A stretch of 62,472 bases of DNA, the filler included, from Choristocarpus tenellus KU-1152 (lineage: Eukaryota; Protista; Phaeophyceae), in assembly GCA_964200185.2 (NCBI GenBank). It is 9 parts of 9 records of this genome, joined end to end, with 100 filler letters (N's around TTAATTAATTAA, not from the genome) between each part and the next. Parts side by side here need not be neighbours in the genome. Positions count along the whole stretch, not along the records: positions 1 to 7,457 come from CAXNAD020006123.1; positions 7,558 to 10,384 come from CAXNAD020024402.1; positions 10,485 to 18,006 come from CAXNAD020006026.1; 6 more parts are not named here. One strand, written 5' to 3'. Numbering within the stretch: the first letter of the stretch is position 1; each line of letters begins with the position of its first letter. The translations under genes and the position numbers were made by a program. The notes below the pieces were generated by a model that saw nothing but the letters and a program-made list of their open reading frames with translations, was not told the DNA's origin and did not search any database. Shown here piece after piece: positions 1 through 11,435 of this stretch.

Positions 1-110
1 CTACTCCAAAATGTTGTCGAGTAGGTAAAATGTCATTAAAAACCCTTGGGAAGCCAAGCCCCAAATGGACAAACAGGGCAAAACTCGTACCCTCTAAGAT
101 ACTTTCACTC
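1..110 (+). mobile_element. MITE family A, 3' part (cut by window edge)
   Basis: Ends CCCCAAATGGAC...TACCCTCTAAGATACTTTCACTC, the right end shared by other copies in the window. Confidence 0.85.
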
Positions 111-404
111 AACAGTGACACTTGTACTCAAGTGGTCAAGGCTCTGAACATCTCGATTTTGCTCAATGAATCCTCAGCTGGGCTATCGACCAAGTATAGT
201 ATTATACAGGATCCCCTCCAGCAGGACCGGAAACTTCATCCTGGGCCAGGACCTTGTTTGGAGCAGTCCTTTGTCCAAGAAATTGATGTTGGGATGGTCT
301 TCGTAACAAAACCCTTGCGCTGTGAACCTGCCTTCCTTGAAAGGGTTCATAAGATTTTCAAGATGGTGTGGCCCTAATGTATGAACTTGGTGTTTAAGCA
401 TTAC

Positions 405-986
405 CTTTTCCCAGGTGTTGCTGTTGAGGGTAAGATTGTGGATAGCCATAGAGCAGGGCCTTGATACCTCACATTCTCTAGACAGCAGAATCTCCATCGT
501 TTTCAGCACGCCACCTTCCAATAGGCGGTCGTGGTTGGACCTGCAGGTGAGGGATGAGGGATGATGTGATATATAGTAGGGCAGGTGCTCAGGATGGGTT
601 TGTGGTAGATTCTGTACTGATAATAACATTCTCCAGAGTACTATGTAGTACTTCGAATAATACGTAGTAATAACACAGCATGGGTGACTTTACTGTAAGA
701 TGTAGGGTGGTAGATGAGAGGGGTCAACAGTGTACCCTGTGTTGGGGAAGGAGGATGAAGTGTCGTTTGAGATGGGGAAGAAAATTGTTTGGAGATTGTA
801 CCCTACAATAAAAACAACAGCTCAATTGTGTTCTGTGCAAAATCAATTGTAGAAGGACGAGTTGAGCAGCTGTGGAGAAAATCAGAGGTGGTCTTCAACA
901 TGCACAAGCTCCCTTCGATGATAACTATTACTATTGTACTTCCATACATGTTTTGGCAAGCAATAGAACCAAGCATACAGAGGTAG

Positions 987-1041
<55 letters not shown>

Positions 1042-4000
1042 TCCCTCTCTTAGGAATGGTACCATGAGCTGATCGTAGTCTGCACAACAAAGACTACACA
1101 GTACCATTGGTGTGTACCAACACCCATGAAAAAAAATTGTAGTCAAAAGTAAAATGTTTTGAAGAAGACGTAAGGAATCTCCTGGATTGCTTACCAAGTC
1201 AATGTTGCCCCCCCAAAAGGTTTGATCACCTTATTGTTTTGCAGTAATTTGGTAACAAGTAATTTCTGATACTGATACTTCAAACAGAGTGCGAAATGCC
1301 TTCAAGTAAGTTGAAGTTATTTCAGGGCAGTTTGTGAACGTTGACAACATATCATGCATTGACTGTAGCCATTCTCTGCAGTGCACGTATTACTATTTTG
1401 CATATTGGCATGGTCCGGGTTTCTCCTGCGTCCTCCCCCTGGCAGCTATTTGGGGTGCAAATTGATATCAGTGTTGCCAACTCGTTTTTGAGTTGACTTT
1501 CTTTCCACACATTGGGTTTTATGCTATGGTTGCCATAGTCCTGTGACAGTTACCTTGCCAAGGCATAGGATTGGCACCTTAGAGAGCACTCACTCACTCA
1601 GGCACAAACCAAAAGAATCAAGGAAAGTATGCTTGTTTGACCTCACCATTGTCATGGAAGTGCCAATCATGCCTCCTGGAGTTCACATTGTCCATAATAT
1701 AAAATGCTTGCCGAGGGTTACTCTGTACATTACAGAGTATGGACACTCTGTCCAGACCTTTCAACACTTCTTACATACACTATTCAGGACTATATATACA
1801 CACATATATAAAGACTCTCTCCAAACTTCTTGAAACACTGCCTCAGCACAGGATACAGTAATACCGTATAGTACTTCAAAAACCAAGTATATATATATAC
1901 ATGCACAAAAAAAATGTACACTTTGAAGTATGTATCAATCCCGTTATTCAAAAAATAGAAACAGAGTATTGCGGTCCTCATTGGGGGGATGGCACAGCAC
2001 CCTGCAAAAAACCGGAACGTTCCTGGCGCCAATCTCGATTCGTTGCTACCAACCAAACAATCAATATTGATGCCAGGGACTCTCGTTTTGTTCTCTCATT
2101 TACTAAAGTCAGCCCCTACACATGATGAGGTACCACTTATGATCTGCACAAGCAAGCTGCAAATCCCAATTGAAGCTCTTTGTGTAAAGTCTTTTGACAC
2201 ACATGGCCAGGGCAAGAATATGTTCTGTTACAAGTGTACTTTGTCAACATGACCCACCTGTGGTACAGGAGGTTGCAAAGGGCGGAGGCAATTGCCACTG
2301 CAATATCCTGGGACACAGTCGAGGCTCCCTCCACGGCATTGGTCAACACCTCGAGAGCCCCGTGGTCCACTAGCATTGAAATGCATTCCTTTTTATATTT
2401 TTTTCATTCGAGTAAAAAAAATATATATATTTTTGAAAAAAACGGCGATAAAACGATAGTTGGTGAGGACAACAGCGCGAGAAAATGGTTCCGCAAATGC
2501 TCTTTTTTATTTCTGTCGGTCCGTCAGCATTTCACGTAATACCTGAGGGTGCGAGGAAAGGTTCTTGCGTCAAACTGTAGATATAGACTTCTTTGAGGCA
2601 CTCTGCATCTACAGTTGTACTTCGTTGCTTCCTCACCGTCCAATAGGAGAGAGGATGACAGCATCATCACATACGTGTGTTCATTTATTTTATTTAATGC
2701 TACAAAGTTCAACCGCCACCTGCAGATAAACATCTGCTGATTGCAGGCATCTGGCACCATCCACAAGGCAAGTCTTGTTATCAATCTGTTGCTAGTTACC
2801 TCCCGGTGGCAATACAGGCCAACAACAGTACATCAATTTCCTCCTAGAAGACAACTCTAACCCTAAAACCAAATTATTGGTATAACTTATTGTCATACCG
2901 TCCCCATTCCTTTCTACCCACCTGTGTGTGTTGTCATGTATAAATATATACACCGCCCTCCTTTCTTTTACATTTGTTGGACTTCTTTCAAAGAGAACTG
3001 AAAAAATAAAATTATTTTTCATATTTTCTTTCTTATACTTAGAAAGTTATATTTATGGAAAGGGTGAAGAGACCTCCCAGCTCACTCTTGTACGAATTAG
3101 GGTTAAGGTTGGGATTAAACAACGATCACAGCTACCCAAGCATTAATGTCAACCCTAACCCTACCACGGACAGCTTCCCACTCAGGTTCATGGATTTTGT
3201 TTGAGGGCCCGTAACAAACTACAAACAAGGTGCAGAAAACATGCACACGGCACTCCATCTCACCCCAAAGGGCTGTCCTTACTTGATTTAAAATAAAGAG
3301 GCCTCGAGCTCTGAAAAGATAATATTAAATTTTGTTGTAGGAACATTTAATAATGACTTTCGAACTTCAAGAAGAAGAACAAGAACAAGAATGAACGTAT
3401 GGGGAAGATTTCGTAACTGTTCATATTGCACATACAAGGCGCGGGAACGAGATCAACAAAAACAGTAGAAAAAAACATTTTATTAGTAACTACACCACTT
3501 CATCATCGCAATTACTCGGAATAATTATGACATTCAGGTCCAAGAAGGAAGGTACAAGAAGATCGCGAAGACAAACTAATGGTAACCATGATGACGATAA
3601 TAGTAATTGTTAGAACAATTATAAAAAAAAATAACATGGACAACAAATAATAATTTTCAATGTACCCGAGCTGCGCCCGAGCCGAACGCGTCCTATTGGC
3701 TCAACTCGGCCCGCAGGCTACACCAGTAAACAATCCTCTCTTTTCACAAAACCCCCTCCTCTCAACCAAACCCCATCAAGCATTACTACGACTCATCCTG
3801 ATCTCCTTCTTCTTTCTTGAAGCCTACGCTCTAAACCATTGGCTTACCTTATCTGCGCTCATTTTTGCTACAGAGTGCACCAGTTGGCAAAGCGTCGACA
3901 TCCCCAGAAGGGCTGCCCCGTTGCCTGTTTCCACTCCTACACTGGCTCTTTTCCTTGCCCCTACAGCCAGCAACGTTTGTACGGCCTCGCTGGTTATTAG

Positions 4001-4371
4001 CCGAGAGGCATTGGCAGTGTCCACCGACAGGTTCCAGACAACGGCGGAGGCGTTGTCCCAGACCTCCTCCTCCACCACCATCGTTGCAAGTATCCCAATG
4101 ATGCCCTTGTCCATCACGCGGGGGTTGGCATCGGTGCTGCACGTGCGTGCAAAGGCGGTGTGGTGTGTGTGTGTACATGAGCATGGACTGTGCCAAGTTG
4201 TAGTTTGTCATACTTCAAGAGTAAATTGGTGAGGACTTTCGAGATGCAAGTTGGGGATGAAACAGTCTTTTCATCGTGTGCTGCGGGCTGTTTGCATTAC
4301 TACTACTACTGCTGCTGCTGCTACTACTACTACTACTGCAGCTGCTACTGCTGCTGCTGCTGTTGCTGCTG

Positions 4372-4416
<45 letters not shown>

Positions 4417-6132
4417 TTACTACTACTGCTGCTACTACTACTACCTCTACTATATTTAATATACTATAATACATATAATACATGTATTGGTATATACCTC
4501 TGGCATCACATACTGTACATTAATTCTTTGTTGTATTTGTTGTATTTGTAACCAGTGTTATTATTGTGTTACTACTAGACAAGAGAGAGAGAGAGAGACT
4601 GGGAGAGACGGAGGGAGGAAGAAACCACTGCAACTTGTCCTGCCACCCCTCACATTCCAGGACAACATTGCATGTGAGTTGGTGAACTGATCTTTCTTGG
4701 GAACAATGAAAATATTTTAGTGCATATGTATTGTTCTTGAACGTTGTGAAAAAAATAGAAAAAACATCAGTGGTCAAATAAAAAACCGATAGAATTGTTG
4801 ATAACCCGGCAGGGGTGTCAAACAGGGGCGATGGCACTCACGGTCCCTTTGCAAACACCTCTCCCTTTTCCATCCTCCTGTCTGCCCCCACCCGTTGTAC
4901 CTCACCCTTGAAGTCCTTCATCAAACCTTCCCCTGCGGCTCCAGCACATCTACAACGCCCACCTGGAGGTAAGGTTTTGTACGGCTAACGCCAAGGTAGA
5001 CCTCGTATCACTTGTTGCCTCATCTCTCATCTCAGAAGCAACAGTGGAGAGCAGGCCGGACTCAATGACCTCCCGTCTCAGGCTCTCCATGGTAGACAAG
5101 TGCAAGGCAACATCGGCCACTGTCCTAGAAAAGGATGCACAGGAGGTGGTTTGTGGTCTGGGGGCGTTTGGTTGGGGTGGAACCTTTGCAGTACAAGGGC
5201 AGGTGCTAGGAGTGCACTGATTCGATTGGCATGAGGTGGACAGACAGTTAGTTTGTACGAAAGGTACTACAGTGGGGAGTTTTGTCAAATATTTCCTGGC
5301 TTGTTTCTTGCTTTATTTTTTGCTAGTAGCCGTGCTGTGTATGTATTATTGTGGCACCCTAAATCAAATGTATGGAACATTTCTTTAATTTAAGTTACTT
5401 TTGTGTCGAGCATTTTTTGCTGTATGGTGTATAAAACAAACACAGTAGATTGGCTCGATTTTGTCTTTTTATTTGTCACTTGAGATTTGCATAGTACCGT
5501 TGTTCAAGTGGCCTAAGAACATCTAAGAACATTAAGGATAGTAGGACAGAGATGAAAAACAATGAAATATTAGTAAGGCCTCAAAAATAGATTCAAAACA
5601 TAGAAAAAATGGATCATATATTTATTTAAACATATGAGTAAGTAAAATAGATTCAAAACGTAAAAAAAACTCAATTTTGTCCCCAAGAGTTGTATCGAAT
5701 TTGGTAGCATTGCTCAAGTGTTATTTTAAAAATCAAGAACGATAAAATGTAGCACAGCAGAGAGAGAGAGAGAGGAGAGAGAGAGAGGGTTAGGGTTAGG
5801 GGACAGCAACACACACACCGATGGAATGCTGTTACCCTGTAACATCCAATGTGCCTTCAATTTCTTTATTACGAGTGATTCATTGATGTAACAACACAAA
5901 TGTTGAGGGCAGATAAACAAACATTTTTGAATCTACTCCCGCGGTGCGCAAGAATCAACGAGATAAAGAGCAAAGCAAATATGGGTATATAGAGCAGCGA
6001 TACAGTTTTTTGTTTTTTTTCCCCTGTACTTGTTCCTAACCTGCTGTTGATGACGGCCTGTTCGTGGGTGGAAGTGGAAGCCACGAGCATGTTGAGGCTA
6101 GTCAGTATGAGGTCCAGCACTCTCACCCTTTC
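405..6132 (-). CDS. Armadillo (ARM)-repeat protein, internal exons (partial gene)
   Basis: Exons 6132-6041, 5124-4963, 4136-3881, 2388-2258 and 540-405, all with GT-AG and consistent phases. Repeating ARM-like units: VIESGLLSTV..ALAVQNLTS, VMDKGIIGILA..ASAVVWNLS, LVDHGALEVL..IASALCNLL, LLEGGVLKTM..CSMAIHNLT. Start and stop not found. Confidence 0.8.
989..1037. repeat. (CT)n microsatellite
   Basis: Direct reading; explains the RERERE/SLSLSL ORFs. Confidence 0.95.
4298..4443. repeat. Compound (TAC)n/(TGC)n microsatellite, intronic
   Basis: Direct reading; explains poly-Y/C, T/A, L and V ORFs. Confidence 0.95.
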
Positions 6133-6667
6133 CTGAAAGTAGAGATGTGAGGACAAGATGGCATTGAAGGCAATCAAATGCCAATGGACCAAGAAGACGT
6201 AGCGTGGACATAGGAATCTGATTTTGTCAATGGGTGCGAGCGTCCCTCTTCCTATTGCATATATATGACGTCAATTGATCGGGTCTGATGGTGTTATAAC
6301 TCAGGAATATTTTGGTGTTACCCCTAAGAAGGAGCCATGAGTGATTCGAGAGGTTAGGCGAGGTTGCATTTTAGGGATCTCAAGAGCTGGTCAAAAGAGA
6401 TGCCGTTCACTTTTGTACAGTTGAGAAAGAGTGTTTGCTTACTTGTGGGGTTGCCTTGTGTGTGAATGGAAAGGGGGAAACATCTAGGTTATACACTCTT
6501 GTGCACATGAAGCAATGAAATAGGGTGAATCACACAGGGTAAGTAAGAAAGATGGCTTGCACTGCAAAAAGGGCCCCAGCCTGCCTAACTGCCTCTCAAT
6601 TACTTACTACTTAGGCTCGAATATATCAGCAATTGTTTTGAAAATAGAGATAATACTATTTCGTCAC

Positions 6668-6926
6668 GAGCCAAAGTACCTTAGAGGGTAGAGCCACGTC
6701 CATTTGGGGGCCAAAATCCAATGTTGAGATTTTGATATAATTTGGGCCATTATGTTTGTTGGGAAGTATCAATAGCCATGTCCTGGATACACCTTTTCAT
6801 AATGTATACATTTTACCTACTCCGAAACATTTTGGAGTAGGAAAATGTCATAATAAAACCCATCGGAAGCCAAGCCCCAAATGGGCAAACAGGGCAAAAC
6901 TCGTACCCTCTAAGATACTTTCATTC
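6668..6926 (+). mobile_element. MITE family A, full length (259 bp)
   Basis: TIRs GAGCCAAAGTACCTTAGAGGGTA ... TACCCTCTAAGATACTTTCATTC; subterminal GTCCATTTGGGG / CCCCAAATGG; TSD imperfect (tcac/cacc). Confidence 0.9.
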
Positions 6927-7134
6927 CACCTCCTGGAGAGCGTGTGATCAAGAACAACAAGGGTAGCAAGGGAGGAATACGCATTTCTGGGATGCTTCGT
7001 ACACAGCCCTGTTGCAGCCTCAAGCACACTTCCTGTTCAGCTGTCGTCATGCGATCTTTCCATTCTGTCTCTTCTCCTCCTACAAGGTTCTTCACAATAT
7101 CCTTCTCCCCAACTAGGCAAATGACACTCCAATA

Positions 7135-7320
7135 GGCTCAACGTATTTGGGGGGGGGGGGTGACGGCTGTCCATTTGGGGTCCATCTTTCCATGTTGCAA
7201 TTTTAGGCCGATTTGGTTGCATGCATTGGGTGGATAATGTAAGTGCACTTCTCCTGGTCAGGTCCTGAATGGACACCCTGGTGCAGACTCCCCCCCCTCC
7301 CCCCAGAGATACTTTGACCC
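7135..7320 (+). mobile_element. MITE family B, full length
   Basis: GGCTCAACGTATTT-polyG ... polyC-AGAGATACTTTGACCC; 4-bp TSD AATA (7131-7134 / 7321-7324). Confidence 0.9.
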
Positions 7321-7403
7321 AATACTCCAACTTCAAGTTATACCAGTCTTCTCCTGCTGTTGGTCTCTACCCAACACCTACCAACTTCCCTCTCTCACCC
7401 CCC

Positions 7404-7439
<36 letters not shown>

Positions 7440-7457
7440 CATCCACTTTTTTTGTGT

Positions 7458-7557
7458 NNNNNNNNNNNNNNNNNNNNNNNNNNNNNNNNNNNNNNNNNNN
7501 NTTAATTAATTAANNNNNNNNNNNNNNNNNNNNNNNNNNNNNNNNNNNNNNNNNNNN
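7458..7557. other. Artificial contig linker (N44-TTAATTAATTAA-N44); identical linkers at 10385-10484, 18007-18106, 26137-26236, 29523-29622, 39073-39172, 48728-48827, 51526-51625
   Basis: Identical 100-nt spacer with stops in all six frames, seen 8 times. Confidence 0.97.
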
Positions 7558-10182
7558 CCCTTCCCCCCACCTGCACGCCCGAACACCCCTCCCCCACCAT
7601 CACCACCACTGCCCTTTCCCTGCTTGGCACCCTTGAACCCAAAGGATATTGTTTGTTTTTTGCCTCCACCTTTCTTCCCAACAAGCACAACACTATTCAG
7701 ACCAGGTGCTGCTTTCTGCTGGGTGGCCTCCCTGTTCTCCGACCCACCACCTACCTCTCCGGCAGCCCCTGCCCCTGCCCCAGGTGTATCCGCCTTGGCT
7801 GTTGTCACATTTCCTGATGCTACAGCTTTGCTTTCAACTACCATGGCAGCATCTGGTGCTACAGAGGACGCCTGGTCAGTCCCACCAGTCTGCAGGTCCC
7901 AGCACAACACCAGGATGGCAGTACATGGAACAGGAATTAAATGCAGTGTGTGGGGTGTGGGGGGGGGAGTGGGCAATAGGGAAAGGATCAACCCAATATG
8001 TCAAAAGTCCCTGCAGGCATTGTTGAGAGAAACTACATCTATCCATCTCCCTCCTAGTAGCAATCGACTGACCCGAGACTAAAGTTGAAAAAAAATAATC
8101 CACGGTCCAAATGATACGGTGTTTTGTAAGCAGAAACAACATACAGATGTTGTTCACAAAATACATCTTAGTAACAAACGGGACTGACACACATGCACAT
8201 GAACTTTAATGAAATGCGAACCAAAAACGCCTTTGCTGCATAAGAAACCATTGAAGTCAACAATACAATTAATTGCCCTGACCAACCCAGTCTACCTCCC
8301 TCCACAACCTGTACGTTGTATGTTTAGTGCTGGAAGCAATACACCTGGTGTCCAATTTCATATCTGAGACAGATCCTTACTCACATGATAGCGCAAACAC
8401 ACCTGATCAACAACAGTGAAGGGTGGGTCTTGGTCTGGGGTATGCTGGTACCACTTCATGGCCTTGCAGTACAGCTTGCTACGTGGGTCATAATAAACAC
8501 CCGACAAGGATTCATAGAAGTACCTGCCAAAGGGGAACAAAAACACATCACATCCCTTCTCATTCTATAGGTACTGAAGACATCAAGGGGTGAGGACTGC
8601 ACCAGGCAACACATCAGCCGCGGCAAATCAATCAAATGTAAGGTCAACACCCTGAAACATTTCTTGATAAAAAAAAATTGATAGATAAGAGAAACCCTAC
8701 TGTAACTCATATAATCCAAACTACAGAAACATCCCCTCCTCCCCTCCACCCAAACCCCAGAAACAGTCAAATCCTAGTAACCCATCCACTCAACAGTGTA
8801 TCCGCTCATGTTCCCTTCTCATCACACTGATTCACACACACCCGCTCTGTCCGTCAAACACATAAGACCCTCCAGCCTCCTGAAAAGATGGAGGCCACTC
8901 AGGGGGAGCCTTCTGTCTCTTGGCCAAAGCAGCAGCTACTACCTCTGCTGGAGTTCCTGAGCTCCTAATTTGGTGTGCATTTCCACACAGTAATGGGCAA
9001 CATAAAAGAACAATCAGAAGGCAACACACATGAATGGAGAGGTTGTTTGGCATTTTTGAGGTGGGACTGGATGGGGAGTTTGGAGTGGTTCCTATGAAGA
9101 AAAAGGAGGCAAACAAGATTGCGTAACTCCAGTGACAAAATGTCAGGATTCGTGAGGTTTAGTATTGGGATACAAAGGTGGGGGGGAGGTGAGGGGCGTG
9201 TATTTTGGGGGCAGAACTGAGGAGGATGTGAAATCAGATATAAGGGTTGATAAATGAGGCTAGCTACTACAATAGAGTAGAACAGGAGAAGAGTGAGGAG
9301 AAAAAAATATAATATATATACTGGATTTTCACATAAAAAGGCAATAAAAATTAATAAATATCTTACCATTGTCAGTGTATCACAAAAATCAAGTGTATTT
9401 TTTTTGTCTGCATACTGAAGCCAATCCCCCACAAAATAAAAACCACTTCTAGCAGGAAAAAACTCAAGGCATGTCTGAGAAGAGCACGGATGTTATTGCT
9501 CTGTGTTCAAGTTATTGTTCGCATGCACATATTGGCACAACAAGTGAAGTCATACCAACCACCTCCCTTATCTCTTCTACCTAAACTCTACCCAAAACAT
9601 GAACACACACAGTACCACATCACAACAAGCAGGATCAAGTGCACAAAAAACTTCAAATGAAAAAACTCACCCTCGATCACCTCCACTTCCATTCCCTCCT
9701 GCCTGCATCCCTCCCCGGCCCATATGGTGCTCTGCCCTTAAACTCCCATAGTATCCATCATCAACCCCAACCCCAACCCCCATCCCCCCCCTACCCCCTC
9801 TTCCTCTGTCCCTCAGGCCCTGTGCCCCAGACACCACCTCTGCTGAGAGCGACCCAACCCCCGTGCCAACCCTCCCAACAACTGCAGCATTCTTGGCAGC
9901 TTCCTGTGCAGCTGCCCTAGCTGCTGCAGCAGCACTTGCCGCAGCAGCCAGGGCAGTTGCAGCGGCTGCAAGCTGCGATGCAATCTGCATGCCTGCAGCA
10001 GACTTGGAACTCCCTCCAGAGCCAGCAGCTGTCATGAGGGAATTGGAAGAACCTAGGAACACCGATGAGGAAGGGTTCTGGGTAGCCAGACCTTCAGCAG
10101 CCGCAAAGGATAGCCTTGCTGGGGAGCCATCGATGTGGACACCCCCAGCTTTGGTGGCAGTGGTAAGTGTGTGCTGAGCATG
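7558..10182 (-). CDS. RBM5/RBM10-like RNA-binding splicing factor (end of RRM + OCRE domain), partial
   Basis: Exons 10182-9671, 8964-8842, 8523-8403 and 7889 to the gap, phases consistent. RRM-end-like IDGSPARLSFA; OCRE aromatic octamer repeats YVFDGQSG-YFYESLSG-VYYDPRSK-LY. Confidence 0.75.
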
Positions 10183-10500
10183 CTGAAAATAATGGTTCAC
10201 ATAATTCATGTTTTTGAGGACAGGAGGACAAGCGGGGAATCAGGAACAGGTTGAGTGTGAGGGATATGGTGTCATTGGAGGAGAACAGGGGGAGGGGGGG
10301 GGGGGGGGGGAGGGGGGGACCGGGGGAAAAAAAACCCTTGTTGGCCCGTTTTCTGGGTAAAAAAAGGGGGGGAACAGGAATCGANNNNNNNNNNNNNNNN
10401 NNNNNNNNNNNNNNNNNNNNNNNNNNNNTTAATTAATTAANNNNNNNNNNNNNNNNNNNNNNNNNNNNNNNNNNNNNNNNNNNNACCCCCTGGGCCGCCC

Positions 10501-10674
10501 GGGGGGGGGGGGGGGGGGGGGGGGGGACTACACCAGGGTGTCTATTTGGGCCATAACCAGGAAAAGTGCACTTTCATTATCCATCCGACTTATGGAATCA
10601 AATCACCCAAAAATCGCGACATGAAAAATTGGCCCTAAATGGACAGCCGCAAACACCCCCAGATACTTCGAGTC
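10501..10674 (-). mobile_element. MITE family B at contig start
   Basis: polyG-ACTACACCAGGGTGTC...AAATGGACAGCCGC...CCCCCAGATACTTCGAGTC; matches other copies. Confidence 0.85.
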
Positions 10675-10699
10675 TGCTGGCGGTCACACATTCATACCA

Positions 10700-11200
10700 C
10701 TTCCTCTGCCGGATAGTGGCCCTGGTGCTCTAATCCTCAACCGTAGTTCCAAACTTCTTTGTCTTGGAGGCATATCTTCCTTCTCCAGTCCACCTTGCTT
10801 TTATTTCCAGCAGCTCATCCCCCATGCATGGAACTGACTCAGCAATAGGATTCTCCACTTGCTCATAGTTGACATGAGACTCTTGCACCTAGTCTTCACA
10901 AGAGAGCATCTTTGTAGGACAGGAAATGATCAGTGCGTTCCAGTTTGCGGAATCCAATGCGTGGTAGAAGGGATTAGTGGTGATGTGAGGGAAGGTCAAG
11001 ATAATGGGTCTGGCACCTATCATACAACCATTTAATAACAGAACTTCAACCACCCTGTTCTTGACCTTTCGAATCTTGAGGCCAGGTGATACGCGTGAGG
11101 TCGTGTCAGATACCGCTTGGCTGTATTTGCGAAAACAAATCCAAGCTCTCTGAATCCTTTGGCGGATGTCAGGAGTGACAACGAGCGGTAACTGGTGGTA
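10700..11200 (-). mobile_element. Degenerate RTE-like LINE, C-terminal part of reverse transcriptase ORF
   Basis: TPDIRQRIQRAWICFRKY...LKIRKVKNRVVEVLLLNGC, then after frameshifts HHKSLLPRIGFRKLERTDHFLSYKDAL. Typical post-RT region of RTE-clade LINEs. Confidence 0.65.
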
Positions 11201-11435
11201 AGTCAACCAAATTAAAAACTTCTAGTGTGTTGGTGTGGAAAGAAGAGTGAAATGTCCAAATTTTGATACTTCCCTTTTTCAAAAAACATAAAAATGTTGG
11301 AGAGGACGGAATGCGAAAAAAGTGAAGAATATTACGGAAAAAACAAAAATATGTACAAGGATCAACGCACGCAACTTGTAAGCCCTCCCCTCCCTATACA
11401 CGACAATCAAAGGGTGTTGCAACGTTATTAACACC

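Noticed and set aside
30-377. Recurring small ORFs (KPSPKWTNRAKLVPSKIL; PKWTAAT) as a peptide gene family
   Set aside because: They are translations of MITE-A and MITE-B, with inconsistent starts and stops between copies.
183-404. ORF 183-629 as a single coding exon
   Set aside because: Only 540-405 is ARM-like and bounded by AG/GT; the remainder is probably intron read-through.
4190-4551. Poly-Tyr/Cys, poly-Thr and poly-Leu ORFs
   Set aside because: Trinucleotide microsatellite inside an intron.
7458-7557. Recurrent TTAATTAATTAA between N runs as a biological repeat or array
   Set aside because: Fixed-length six-frame-stop linker used to concatenate contigs; also invalidates any gene-cluster reading across linkers.
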